A DNA stretch of 64,000 nucleotides from an uncultured virus (IMG/VR IMGVR_UViG_3300025000_000089). Its lineage: Duplodnaviria > Heunggongvirae > Uroviricota > Caudoviricetes. The notes under the pieces are model-generated. The model was not told the DNA's origin, did no database searches, and was given only the letters and a program-made list of their open reading frames with translations. The translations under genes were made by a program, and so were the position numbers. Location: IMG/VR virus record IMGVR_UViG_3300025000_000089. One strand, given 5' to 3'. Positions 7,932 to 17,356 of the stretch are shown piece by piece; positions within the stretch are counted from its first letter, which is position 1; the number at the start of each line of letters is the position of its first letter.

Positions 7932-10030
7932 GTACTTACGCACAATCCATCGACTTCCTTCTATCTCAGGTGCGGACCTCTGCGGGCGCTTTGACTGGCG
8001 GATCAGTCTACGCCTACGCAGCCGGGACCGACGAGCTGAAAATCATCTGGCTCGACAGGGCGAAGACCATCCAGGCGGCGAACCCCTACACGCTCGACGG
8101 GAACGGGACGGCGGCACTCTTCGGCGATGGTCTGTACCGGCTCGTTATCAAGACCTCTGCCGGAGTCACCGTCTACGACCGCGACAACATACAGGTGGTG
8201 GACCCTGCAAGCGGAGTGGATGACGCAATCGCCGCCGCCGTCTCCGTCTACGTGGTCGGGTATACCACCGGCTGCGACACTCTCGCCGCTGCAGTGGCTA
8301 CGATTGGCAGCACGCGGGCAACGCTGCAATTCGGCGCGGACTTGACGATAGCGGGGAACATTTCCATTCCTTCCAACATTGAGCTTTTGCCGGTCAACGG
8401 GGCAAAGATAAACCACGGGGCATACACCATCGAATACCTCGGCAGCACCGCTCGCTGGCCGCTGTCTCAGATATTTAACGGGACCGGCGCGGTCACAGGG
8501 CTATTTTCTGTTCGTCCCGAATGGTTCGGAGCAACAGGCGACGGCACTGTCAGCGACCAGACACCCTTTCAAAAAGCTGTTGCCGCGCTCGGGTCTGGTG
8601 GCGGCGTGGTGGAGATGAGGCCGGATGCAACTTATCGTGTGACCATCATCCTGTATTACGCTGGAACGCACTTCCGGTTCAACGGCGCGACGGTCAAGAA
8701 GATCGACAACGCATCTGCCGGTGATTTCGAGCGCGTTTTCACCAATAACACCACCGGGTACAGATACACCGGCGCGACCGATTCTGCGCCCACAATCTTT
8801 GAAGGTGGCACAATCGACGGAAGCCGCGCCGCCCAGGGTACGTACCTCGGATATGAATTGGAGCACCAAAGCGCGATAGCCGCTAGCGCAGAAAGCACTT
8901 CTGTTGGCAAAATGCGCGTGATAATCCGCAACATGAACATCAAGGAAAGTGCGGGAGACGGAATCAACCTCACCTACAAGACAGACACCTCTATTGAGAA
9001 TGTCAGTTTTTGGAACTGCTTCAGGAGCGGCATCACCGTTAGTGGCGCAGGACACATCATCAATGGCCGCGTGCTCAATTCCGGCGGAGACGTTCACGAT
9101 TATTTCACCAACATTGAGCCTACTGCAGGACTCGCTCTACCAAATATCGTAAATTTCACCGATTGCCGAATCGGTAAAGGCTTGGACATCAGCAGTAACA
9201 ACACCGTAGGGAGTCGGTATACAATCCGCAACGTGGTCATGTCTGGTTACGGAGCCAACTTCTACGGCGGCACTGATATTACCTCAAAATGGACAGTTGA
9301 AGATTGCGCACTAGGCATGGCAACAACTAGCGCATTTAGGGGGCTGTATGATGCCACTTTCACCCGCTGTCGCTTCGTCGCGTTTAAAGAAACCACGGCG
9401 AGTTTCTATAAGGCCGTATACGTCAACAATGACGGACTAGCCGGAACCTATCGCTTCCGCCACTGCATGTTTGGAGTTGACGCAACCATAGAGGCGGCTG
9501 ATACCGTTTACGGCATCTACCGATCTGCGGAACTGACGACCACTGCAGCCAACGTCATAGTGGAATCCGCCGCGTTCACAGGTTTTGACTATGCGCTATA
9601 CATGCGCGGCGGCACCTATCGGGTCCAGGACATCACCACGGATGGACCCGTAGCATATTGCGTCGGCACGCTCGGCACTTATGACAATGTGGTTTACCTC
9701 AAGGGATTTTACGACAACGCGGGAAGGGTTTTCGTCACTTTGTCCGCGACAACCGCACCCGTGACCATACACTATCAAGGCGTTGAGTTGTCAGGGGGAG
9801 ACGGTACGGCGGGTGCGGGTAGCAATGTTCTGAACTTCTCAGCATTTACAAACGTGCTTAAAACGGGACGCCGGACTATCTACGTTGCAGGTACTCCGAC
9901 TGGCGGGGCGCTGGCGGGCGACGTTGCCGTGCTGACTGCGCCGACAGCGGGCGCGGCGGCGGCATGGGTAGCGACCACAAACCACAACACGGCGGCTACA
10001 TGGAAAGTCGCGGCGACGCTGGCGCCGTAA
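7928..10030 (+). CDS. Tailspike / depolymerase (beta-helix)
   Basis: N-terminal anchor (NPYTLDGNG); PEWFGATGDG..DQTPFQKA pectate-lyase-like start of beta-helix. Confidence 0.8.
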   Translation: MSTYAQSIDFLLSQVRTSAGALTGGSVYAYAAGTDELKIIWLDRAKTIQAANPYTLDGNGTAALFGDGLYRLVIKTSAGVTVYDRDNIQVVDPASGVDDAIAAAVSVYVVGYTTGCDTLAAAVATIGSTRATLQFGADLTIAGNISIPSNIELLPVNGAKINHGAYTIEYLGSTARWPLSQIFNGTGAVTGLFSVRPEWFGATGDGTVSDQTPFQKAVAALGSGGGVVEMRPDATYRVTIILYYAGTHFRFNGATVKKIDNASAGDFERVFTNNTTGYRYTGATDSAPTIFEGGTIDGSRAAQGTYLGYELEHQSAIAASAESTSVGKMRVIIRNMNIKESAGDGINLTYKTDTSIENVSFWNCFRSGITVSGAGHIINGRVLNSGGDVHDYFTNIEPTAGLALPNIVNFTDCRIGKGLDISSNNTVGSRYTIRNVVMSGYGANFYGGTDITSKWTVEDCALGMATTSAFRGLYDATFTRCRFVAFKETTASFYKAVYVNNDGLAGTYRFRHCMFGVDATIEAADTVYGIYRSAELTTTAANVIVESAAFTGFDYALYMRGGTYRVQDITTDGPVAYCVGTLGTYDNVVYLKGFYDNAGRVFVTLSATTAPVTIHYQGVELSGGDGTAGAGSNVLNFSAFTNVLKTGRRTIYVAGTPTGGALAGDVAVLTAPTAGAAAAWVATTNHNTAATWKVAATLAP

Positions 10031-10043
10031 AGGGGTAGGCATT

Positions 10044-10454
10044 ATGCCTAAATTCGGCAAAAAATCAGCGACAAAACTGGCAACGTGTCACCCGGACCTT
10101 CAGCGGCTTTTCAATGAGGTGGTGAAGCACGTTGACTGCACCATCATCTGCGGCCACAGGGGGCAAAAAGAGCAGGACGCGGCATTTAACGCACGACCGC
10201 AGCTAAGCAAGGTGAAGTGGCCGAACGGGAAACACAACCAGACACCCTCCCTGGCGGTTGACGCCATGCCCTACCCGGTGAACTGGAGCGACAGCCCCGC
10301 CAACATTGAGCACCTCAACTACTTCGCCGGGATCGTCCAGGGAATCGCGCTCAGCATGGGAATCAGGATCAGGTGGGGGCACGACTGGAACCAGGACGGC
10401 AAGCCGGATACCTCAGGGTTCTGTGACCGGCCCCACTACGAGCTCGTGCCATGA
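10044..10454 (+). CDS. Endolysin, peptidase M15 (L-Ala-D-Glu) type
   Basis: CHPDLQRL..GHR..EQ, KHN..SLAVD, IRWG.DW..DRPHYEL motifs. Confidence 0.85.
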   Translation: MPKFGKKSATKLATCHPDLQRLFNEVVKHVDCTIICGHRGQKEQDAAFNARPQLSKVKWPNGKHNQTPSLAVDAMPYPVNWSDSPANIEHLNYFAGIVQGIALSMGIRIRWGHDWNQDGKPDTSGFCDRPHYELVP

Positions 10455-10699
10455 GGGCGCTGATCCTGCTGGCGATCTTCCTCCCTGGCTGCGTCGGGCT
10501 CGGTTCCAGGGAATCCTCCGTGACACTCCCTGACGGCAAGCTCTATCGGGTGCGCTGCCAGAGTGACGGGAAGGTCGATTACTCGGACGGCGTGGTCAAG
10601 ATCGCCGTGGATAACAGGGGCCCGACCGGGCAGGTCTGGGCGGCGGGAACGGCGGCGCTCGGCAGGACACATGCACTGATCAAGGAGGCGACGAAATGA
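10451..10699 (+). CDS. Lipoprotein, spanin candidate
   Basis: Signal peptide with lipobox LPGC; overlaps endolysin stop. Confidence 0.55.
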   Translation: MRALILLAIFLPGCVGLGSRESSVTLPDGKLYRVRCQSDGKVDYSDGVVKIAVDNRGPTGQVWAAGTAALGRTHALIKEATK

Positions 10700-11256
10700 T
10701 TAAGACATGCGCCACTCTCTGCGCTGCCAGCTACGACGATAAAGCCGATGGTTTCACTACCGTGGGTGACTTGCGGTATGGCGTTTTCGATACTGATCAC
10801 GGCACCATCGTCTGCATCCGTGGCACCGCCAACATAGATAACTGGATCACCGACGCCCGCTTCTTCCCGACCCGATCCTGCGGAGGCTATCTCGCTCACA
10901 AGGGATTCGTCAAGGCGTACCGCGAACTGTGCACCGGCGGGATGCCGACCGCCAAGGATGCCAACGTGATAGCTACCGGTCACAGCCTCGGCGGGGCGCT
11001 GGCAACGCTCCTAGCAGAGCATACTGGCTGCAAAGTGGTCACATTCGGAAGCCCTCGCGTCTACTGGCGATTTGGCCGCGCTCCCGCTCTGAATCACATC
11101 CGCGTCGTGAGGGATGATGACCCTGTGCCGCAAGTGCCAAAATTTCTCTACAGCCACAGGTGCGAACCGATGACGCTGAGGGATGGCGACTCACGGCTGA
11201 TACAGGTGAAAGATCACTTCATGGCTGGCTACGTCAAGGCCATTCATCGCACCTAA
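10696..11256 (+). CDS. Class 3 lipase (alpha/beta hydrolase)
   Basis: IRGT, HKGF, TGHSLGGALA, TFGSPRV, DPVP and C-terminal DH..Y give a full Ser-Asp-His triad. Confidence 0.9.
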   Translation: MIKTCATLCAASYDDKADGFTTVGDLRYGVFDTDHGTIVCIRGTANIDNWITDARFFPTRSCGGYLAHKGFVKAYRELCTGGMPTAKDANVIATGHSLGGALATLLAEHTGCKVVTFGSPRVYWRFGRAPALNHIRVVRDDDPVPQVPKFLYSHRCEPMTLRDGDSRLIQVKDHFMAGYVKAIHRT

Positions 11257-11280
11257 CCCCTTCCCCTCGCCCTTTGGCAA

Positions 11281-11318
11281 AGCGGGCGCTCTCCCTCCTA
11301 GCGCCCGCTGTCTTTTTA
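11281..11318. terminator. Intrinsic terminator between convergent late and immunity operons
   Basis: AGCGGGCGCT-N9-AGCGCCCGCT then a T-run; same element at ~49089-49126. Confidence 0.8.
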
Positions 11319-11498
11319 TCCCCCTCCCCCTATCGTCCGCAGCTTAATAAACTCCGTCACCGTCACCCCCTCCGCTTTCGCCCTCTGCCGCAGCGTATCA
11401 TGCTCATGCTCCGTCACGCGGATGGACATTTTATGCGTGGGGATCTCCTTGGGGCGACCTGCACCGTCGCGCCTGCCGCCTGAACCTTTACCGCCCAT
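11316..11498 (-). CDS. Ribbon-helix-helix DNA-binding protein
   Basis: GG.R.GAGRP leader, then MSIRVTEHEHDTLRQRAKAEGVTVTEFI. Confidence 0.75.
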   Translation of the reverse strand: MGGKGSGGRRDGAGRPKEIPTHKMSIRVTEHEHDTLRQRAKAEGVTVTEFIKLRTIGGGG

Positions 11499-12060
11499 TA
11501 TTTGCCCCTTCGTTCTCGATCTGCATGGCGGGCTTCTGGTAGGACTTCTCCCGGAGCGCCCCCATCATCTGCATCATACGCATGACCTCTTGAGGGTCTA
11601 CCTTGGCGCTGTTCCCGCCCTCCCGCCCCTCGGTGGAGAACAGGTCGTGCTTGTGGACGAACGCGGTGTAGAACCTCTCCATTTCCTTGGCGAAAGCCTT
11701 CCGGTAGTAGTCGAGCAGCCCGCAGAAGTCGATGTACTCGGAAGGTGTGAGCTTCATCCCCACGAGGTTCCTGCACTTCCGGCCCCGGCGCGTGAAGTCA
11801 TAGATGCCCTTTTCTTGCGGCTCAATGCTCACATAGCACTGGTACAGCAGCTTTTCGTCGTACAGACCGTTGAACTTGAATTCGTAGGTCTTCGGCTGAT
11901 CCTGCACAATGTCGTCAAGCGTGATCCCGTGCTTCTCAAGGAGCAGGTTCAGCTTCCGCTGTGCCGATACAGCTTCCCCGCCCACTCCCTGTGTTGCTAG
12001 TGCGTGAACCTTCTGAATGAGGCTTCTAACCGATTCCGGTACCCCCGACCCTTTGCTCAT
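11488..12060 (-). CDS. DUF2786-like protein
   Basis: IQKVHALATQGVGGEAVSAQRKLNLLLEKHGI resembles the DUF2786 N-terminus; slot holds a different gene in unit 2. Confidence 0.55.
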   Translation of the reverse strand: MSKGSGVPESVRSLIQKVHALATQGVGGEAVSAQRKLNLLLEKHGITLDDIVQDQPKTYEFKFNGLYDEKLLYQCYVSIEPQEKGIYDFTRRGRKCRNLVGMKLTPSEYIDFCGLLDYYRKAFAKEMERFYTAFVHKHDLFSTEGREGGNSAKVDPQEVMRMMQMMGALREKSYQKPAMQIENEGANNGR

Positions 12061-12162
12061 ACCCCCCCCGTTTTGCCTTAGTTGTCCCTCACTCTTGAAA
12101 CAACTATACACCCGACCTTTTGCTTTGTCCAGTCAAAAATCAAAAGAAAGTAAAATATTTTT

Positions 12163-12477
12163 TTAGCTATTCATCGCCACCGCCGCCGCGTATAACCGAG
12201 CCTTTCCCGCGCGGTCCATTTTCCCGACCTCCTCTGAGAGCAACTTATCTATTCCCTCCTGCTGATCGGGGGAGAGCTGGAAAAACTCGGAGGGGGCGCA
12301 GGCGAATACTTCACAGAGGCGGGTGAGGGTGGAACCGCTGAGGCCGCGCCTGCCGTGTTCCATTGCGCTGATATTTTGCTTCTGCGCCCCTATCATGTGG
12401 GCTAGCTGCTCCTGGGTTAATCCGGCCTCCTCGCGCATTCTGCGGAGGTTGCGACCGGTGATTTTAAGTAGGTCCAT
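12163..12477 (-). CDS. CI-like XRE helix-turn-helix repressor
   Basis: LRRMREEAGLTQEQLA..KQNISAMEHG; divergent from the early operon. Confidence 0.85.
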   Translation of the reverse strand: MDLLKITGRNLRRMREEAGLTQEQLAHMIGAQKQNISAMEHGRRGLSGSTLTRLCEVFACAPSEFFQLSPDQQEGIDKLLSEEVGKMDRAGKARLYAAAVAMNS

Positions 12478-12509
12478 TTCGATACCTCCAAGTAACTGAT
12501 TAATAACAA

Positions 12510-12600
12510 TAGAGTATCATTTACTTACACGCTGTCAAATAAGAATTACACAGGGTGTTATTTTATTGTTGACAAGTAATCGTTTAAAGATTACAAGTAC
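12510..12600. promoter_or_regulatory. Divergent promoters and operator of the genetic switch
   Basis: TTGACA at 12569 (+) and 12533-12538 (-); palindrome GTAATC-N7-GATTAC at 12576-12594. Confidence 0.7.
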
Positions 12601-12605
12601 ACACC

Positions 12606-12836
12606 ATGAAGCAACGAGGGGAGGTGATTAACGAAATGAGCAACGAGGCGATGGCGATAGAGGAAGAGGATCGGATTACTATCAAGATTCCGGTCGGAGA
12701 GAAGAAAGAGGCATGGGAGGAGGCGCGGTTTCTGGGCGTGAACCTCACCAGCTTTACCAGGATGGCGATCAAGGAGAAGATGACGCGGGAGCGGATCAGG
12801 CGGGCGGAAGAGGAGAGGGCGACACAGGCAGTCTAA
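12606..12836 (+). CDS. Cro-position regulator, ribbon-helix-helix type
   Basis: ITIKIP..A..LGVNLTSFTRMAIKE; first gene of the rightward operon. Confidence 0.65.
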   Translation: MKQRGEVINEMSNEAMAIEEEDRITIKIPVGEKKEAWEEARFLGVNLTSFTRMAIKEKMTRERIRRAEEERATQAV

Positions 12837-12851
12837 CCCACAGGAGGGGCA

Positions 12852-13034
12852 ATGAGATCCTTATACACCATTTTCTGCATTCTCACGGCAATGATCGGTT
12901 ACACGATTCACAAGAGCATAGGGTGGGCAATCGTAGACTTCTTTTTCTGCCCGATAGCTTGGGCGAAATGGCTTATCTGTCACGAGGTAACGCTCACGGT
13001 CATCAAGTCCACGTTTACTTGGTTCTTTGTGTAG
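12852..13034 (+). CDS. Small membrane protein
   Basis: 60 aa, hydrophobic, good RBS; absent from unit 2. Confidence 0.6.
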   Translation: MRSLYTIFCILTAMIGYTIHKSIGWAIVDFFFCPIAWAKWLICHEVTLTVIKSTFTWFFV

Positions 13035-13065
13035 CCATCAGCTAACCCCTCACAGGGAGGCAGTC

Positions 13066-13269
13066 ATGGAACGCTACAACGTGATAGTGACTAGCATTTT
13101 CCCGCAACCTAGCGGATTCGGCACAGCTCGCACGGTCATCAACCCGCAGCCGCTGACCATCGAAGCCGCTAGCGACCTAGCAACAGAACGCCGCAATCAG
13201 GGCGCAGTAGTCACCCTGGAGGCGGTACGGATTGAGCCGCTAGACAACCTTTGGAGGAAACATGAGTAA
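13066..13269 (+). CDS. Conserved hypothetical early protein
   Basis: RBS GGGAGG; near-identical to 51416-51610. Confidence 0.7.
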   Translation: MERYNVIVTSIFPQPSGFGTARTVINPQPLTIEAASDLATERRNQGAVVTLEAVRIEPLDNLWRKHE

Positions 13270-13876
13270 GACCCAAATTGACAAAATGGTAAACCGCTTT
13301 CTGGCTTGGCCGATGCCGAAAGACTTCGCTCCCGACTGCGGAATCAGTTTCAAGAGGGAACCGGATGCAAAAGGCTGTGCCCCCGCTTGGCCGGTCGGGA
13401 CGAACCTCTTTACTGCTGATCAGGCGCGGCAGATGTTCGAGCACTGTCTTTTCAGCGAAGCTTTGAGCGGGCTGCAACTGCACCAACAGCGAGTGGTGGA
13501 CGAGAAAGTGGAACTTGACAAGAAAGTCACCGCATTGAGCAACTTCATTGGCCTGAGCCCGATTTTCGACACGCTCGACCCCTCAGAGCAGGAGCGGCTG
13601 AAAGAGCAGAACGATGTCATGTGGCAATACTCCGAAATTCTCGGAGCGCGAATCGCCGCATTTGCGGAGGTTGTGCGGCATAGTAGCACCGAGCCGAAAG
13701 CCGAGTGGTTTATGCACGTCCTTGGCCCCGATGATGTCTTCCCTTGCGTTGGCGAATTTGATGCGCTGCGGAAGGCGAACCAGCACAACCGCTCATGGGC
13801 GCGGCTGATGGCCGACGATCCGAAACCCAACGATCCGTATTGCGTCGCTGTAGCTGTCACTAGGGAAGACATCTAA
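13262..13876 (+). CDS. Three-domain protein with central crAss001_48-like (Sequestin-type sponge) domain
   Basis: HQQRVVDEKVELDKKVTALSNFI..F..L...EQERL.EQ..VM.QYSEILGARIAAF. Confidence 0.7.
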   Translation: MSKTQIDKMVNRFLAWPMPKDFAPDCGISFKREPDAKGCAPAWPVGTNLFTADQARQMFEHCLFSEALSGLQLHQQRVVDEKVELDKKVTALSNFIGLSPIFDTLDPSEQERLKEQNDVMWQYSEILGARIAAFAEVVRHSSTEPKAEWFMHVLGPDDVFPCVGEFDALRKANQHNRSWARLMADDPKPNDPYCVAVAVTREDI

Positions 13877-13970
13877 CATGTTTCACCCGCTGGACCCTGC
13901 CGCGCTGGGCGGGAGGGGAGGTGTAAGGAAGTGGCGACAGAGTGTTATTTCGGATAGGAGGAGGTGAGAA

Positions 13971-14375
13971 GTGAGGCCGATTAAGTTCAGGGCGTGGGAT
14001 GAGCCAAACGAAACAGGTGGGCCGGAAGGCATGAGCTATAACGCTAGGCCCGATTGCGACGCGACAGCCATCATGCAATTTACCGGGGTCTTAGATAAAG
14101 ACGGCAAGGAAATTTACGATGGCGATATTCTCCACACTAGGAGTGAACTTGTCAACCTAAGCAGCGGACGACAGACTGGTAAATTTTCCGAAAAACTGTC
14201 CGTGGTGGAGTGGAACACGGACGGATGGGGATATTTTCACGCCAGATCTATTGAAAACAGCCCATGCACTATTGGGTTTAAGGAGAAGGGAATAAAGATA
14301 CTAGCGAAGTATTCATCTGTTGTAGGGAATATTTACGAAAATCCGTACTTGGTGGCACTAGAAGAGGCGGTTTAA
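13971..14375 (+). CDS. YopX family protein
   Basis: IKFRAWD..MQFTGVLDKDGKEIYDGDI..VVGNIYENP. Confidence 0.9.
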   Translation: MRPIKFRAWDEPNETGGPEGMSYNARPDCDATAIMQFTGVLDKDGKEIYDGDILHTRSELVNLSSGRQTGKFSEKLSVVEWNTDGWGYFHARSIENSPCTIGFKEKGIKILAKYSSVVGNIYENPYLVALEEAV

Positions 14376-14401
14376 CCATCAGCTTTCACAGGAGGTTGCA
14401 C

Positions 14402-14761
14402 ATGCAAACTTATGTCGAGGAGCAGGGACCGTTCAACGTAATCGGAGTTTACCGCGCAGAGTTCGACAAGCGCACCGTCAAGATCCTTTCCCCCAACAAC
14501 TCGCTTGCCTACGCGCAGCACATGGTGGATCTCATCAAGGGGGAGCTGGCGACGAAACAGATCTGCGGCGAGGGCGGAAAGGTGATGATTGACGCCTACC
14601 TTGAGCCCGCAGGTTGCCCGCGACCGCTCAGTCCTGAGTTGCAGGCGACGATGCACAGGGAGACAGCGCGGCGGGCGATTGAGGACGTGGCGCGCAACAA
14701 GACCGCCGAGAGGGTACGTTACATGCGCGGGGAGCTGACGCGGATGGGAGTGACAGCATGA
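14402..14761 (+). CDS. Conserved hypothetical protein
   Basis: Near-identical to 52503-52862; RBS AGGAGG. Confidence 0.7.
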   Translation: MQTYVEEQGPFNVIGVYRAEFDKRTVKILSPNNSLAYAQHMVDLIKGELATKQICGEGGKVMIDAYLEPAGCPRPLSPELQATMHRETARRAIEDVARNKTAERVRYMRGELTRMGVTA

Positions 14762-14919
14762 ACACTCCCCACAAATGCCCCCGCTGCCAGGAGTGGACCA
14801 GTGAAAAGTTCTACTGCGTCCCATGCCGCGATTACCTCAAGCACCCGCCGTACATCGACATGCGGCGCAAGCATCAGTACTGGACGGAGCACAGCCACAC
14901 GGCGGGAGGGAGCTATTGA
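14758..14919 (+). CDS. 53-aa zinc-finger protein
   Basis: CPRC..YCVPC; same-length homologue at 52859-53020. Confidence 0.6.
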   Translation: MNTPHKCPRCQEWTSEKFYCVPCRDYLKHPPYIDMRRKHQYWTEHSHTAGGSY

Positions 14920-15831
14920 GGCCCTATTACCGCAGAGAGCCCACGCGCTACGAAGCAATAGCCGAGCGCGTCCGAGTCGGCAAGAAGGTCACGCAAGAGG
15001 ACATGCAATTTTATCAGGAGAGGAGGCAACATGTCGGAATGGATGTCACAGCGGCAAATCAGGGAGGCGAAAGCGGCAAGGGTGCGCCTCTGGACGACCG
15101 GCGCAATCATCATAGCGGTGTTGCTGATACAGAGCTCCATACACAGCTGCACGCCGACTGTACCGAGTACGTCAGTGTTTGACGTGTGGGCGATGCAGCA
15201 AGAGGCGGAAAGGAGGGCGGGAAGATGACCATCAAAGAAGTGCCAACCCACATCCTGCGGGAGTCGCTGCTGGCTATCGCGGATCTGGGGCGCAAGTATC
15301 GCGAGGAGCCGCAAGTAACAGCGTATGCGGCGAGAGAACGCGAGACACTTGAGGCTTACCATTGCCCCCTCTGCATGTTCCAGTTTGAGAATACGGGACT
15401 GTATCCTTGGGATGTCAAGCCAACAAAAGGTATTTCTTGTACTTGTCCATGGTTCTGGATAGAGGGACATATGTGTCAAGAATACGAAGATGACATAAGG
15501 GGGGAGGTATCTTATGCCGACTTCCCCATCCCCGACCGCCTAGCCCGCATCGCCCGTTGGGAGGAAGCAATCAACGCGGAACTGGCGGGGAGAGCGGAGT
15601 GAACTGGCTAAAAGACCTCGCCCTCGACCACTGGCACGGATTCCTGCAGGAGTTGGCCGACATCCGCGAGGAGTTCAGGGCGACGTTTCGGAGGGATGAT
15701 GGACAGCTTTAAAAGGGCGCAGGCGGCTTACGACGCGATGCTTCCGCCCGAATATTGGGACAGCGGGCCATGTGATTATTGCAAGGCAGTGGACTGTTAC
15801 AGATGTGAACACAGGGAGAGAGGAGCCGAAG

Positions 15832-16080
15832 ATGACGATGCAGGAGATTTGGGAGAAGATCAAGCTTGAGAACGCCCGCAGCAAGGAGAAGCACGGAATG
15901 TGGAGGGATACGCCAAGGCTCGACCAAGGCAACGCCATTTATGGTGAGTTTATCGAGTGGTGGCGCGCTTATGTAGCGGGCGACATCGACGGCGAACATG
16001 GCGAAAAGGCCGAGCTGATCCAGCTAGCCAACGTCTGCATCCGGCGTTACATGGCACTGACAGGGGAAAGGGACGCATAA
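15832..16080 (+). CDS. MazG-like all-alpha NTP pyrophosphatase-like protein
   Basis: E.ARSKEKHG..GEF.E..AELIQLANVCIR pattern; homologue at 54074-54322. Confidence 0.5.
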   Translation: MTMQEIWEKIKLENARSKEKHGMWRDTPRLDQGNAIYGEFIEWWRAYVAGDIDGEHGEKAELIQLANVCIRRYMALTGERDA

Positions 16081-16814
16081 CAACGAAGGACGAAAAAGGA
16101 GAAGGTATGAAGGTTTGTGATTCCGGACACGACGAGATAGTTTTTGACGATTCAGCTTACCGCGCCGAATGTCCCGCCTGCAAGCTGCTGGCGCTCATGG
16201 GCGAGCAGGATGACAAGATCGAGTCGCTGCAAGACGAGGTTGAAGAATTCAAGGGGAACTTGGCTCAGGCGAACCAGCGACTGCGGGACGCGGATCTCGA
16301 AACGGTCGAATAAAAAAGCCTCTGCCGCAAACAGAGGCCCAAACAGCAGACAGGGGAAATCATGACAAAGAAAATGGTGGAAGTCAAGAGCATACCGGAG
16401 ATATTGGCGGACTTGAAGACGCAGCACAAGGCGCTGATGAAGGCTAATCCGAACGTGTCGTCTATCTGGTACGAGGTCAAAGGTATCCCGCATCAGGAAC
16501 TGATGGAGTGGGCGAAGACTAACAAGGTCAATTGCGACTATTGCGAACACAATAGCGCGTTAAGGGCCCAGGCATCCGCAGTCTCAGGATGGGACCCATC
16601 CAGGGTGATATTTCTCTATTCCGAAAAAGGAACGGTGAAGTCCGTCAGCAAGTTTTCCGGCTTTAAGCCCAACAAGAAAGCCGATGCCTAACACCATCAC
16701 CATCGGCACCATCGAGATTAGCGCAATCAACCGCAGCCTCTGGCTATACGACCGCGCCGCAGGGATCGGGCGATTCGTGGAGCTGGCAGAGGTCAGGCGA
16801 ATATTGGAGGGGAA

Positions 16815-17294
16815 ATGAACTTACGAGAAATGACCGCAGATTTTGCCGCGTACATGAACGCGGAGACGGACGAAGAGATAGCCGCTGCGCTTGCCGATAT
16901 CACCGCTGGACAGATCGAAGAGAAGGCTGAGAACTACTGCTGGTTTCTGCGCGACATGGCCGGAGACATCGAAAAGTTCAAGACCGAAGAGGCGCGGCTG
17001 TCGGCGGCACGGAAGGCGATGGAGAACAAGCAGAAGCGGGTGAAGGAGTACATGCTCTCCGCGCTGGAATCCGCCGGCATCGCCAAGCTGACCGCGGGCA
17101 CGTTCAAAGTGAGCATCCAGGCGAACCCGCCCGCGCTTGACGTGATCGACGCATCACTAACCCCTGCCGAGTACAAGGTGATCATTCCGGCGCGGGAGGA
17201 GGCAGACACAGCGCGGATAAAGGAGGCGTTGAAAAATGGAGAAGAAGTCGAAGGATACCAGCTTACCAGGGGCAGTTCCCTCCGAATTCGATGA
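16815..17294 (+). CDS. Siphovirus Gp157 family protein
   Basis: EEKAENY..EEARL..RKAMEN..KEYM..FKVSIQANPP..IKEALKNG..VEG..SLRIR. Confidence 0.85.
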   Translation: MNLREMTADFAAYMNAETDEEIAAALADITAGQIEEKAENYCWFLRDMAGDIEKFKTEEARLSAARKAMENKQKRVKEYMLSALESAGIAKLTAGTFKVSIQANPPALDVIDASLTPAEYKVIIPAREEADTARIKEALKNGEEVEGYQLTRGSSLRIR

Positions 17295-17356
17295 CCGGCT
17301 AGAGAACCACGACGAGCGCAGGAAGTGGAAGCGGCACAAAACAGATGAGGACTGAC

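Noticed and set aside
7928..10030. Diversity-generating retroelement acting on the tailspike
   Set aside because: No reverse transcriptase and no adenine-variable template/variable repeat pair
11256..12606. Integrase or att site at the usual lysis-immunity junction
   Set aside because: Only short RHH, DUF2786-like and repressor genes are present; no recombinase motifs here or at 49065-50863
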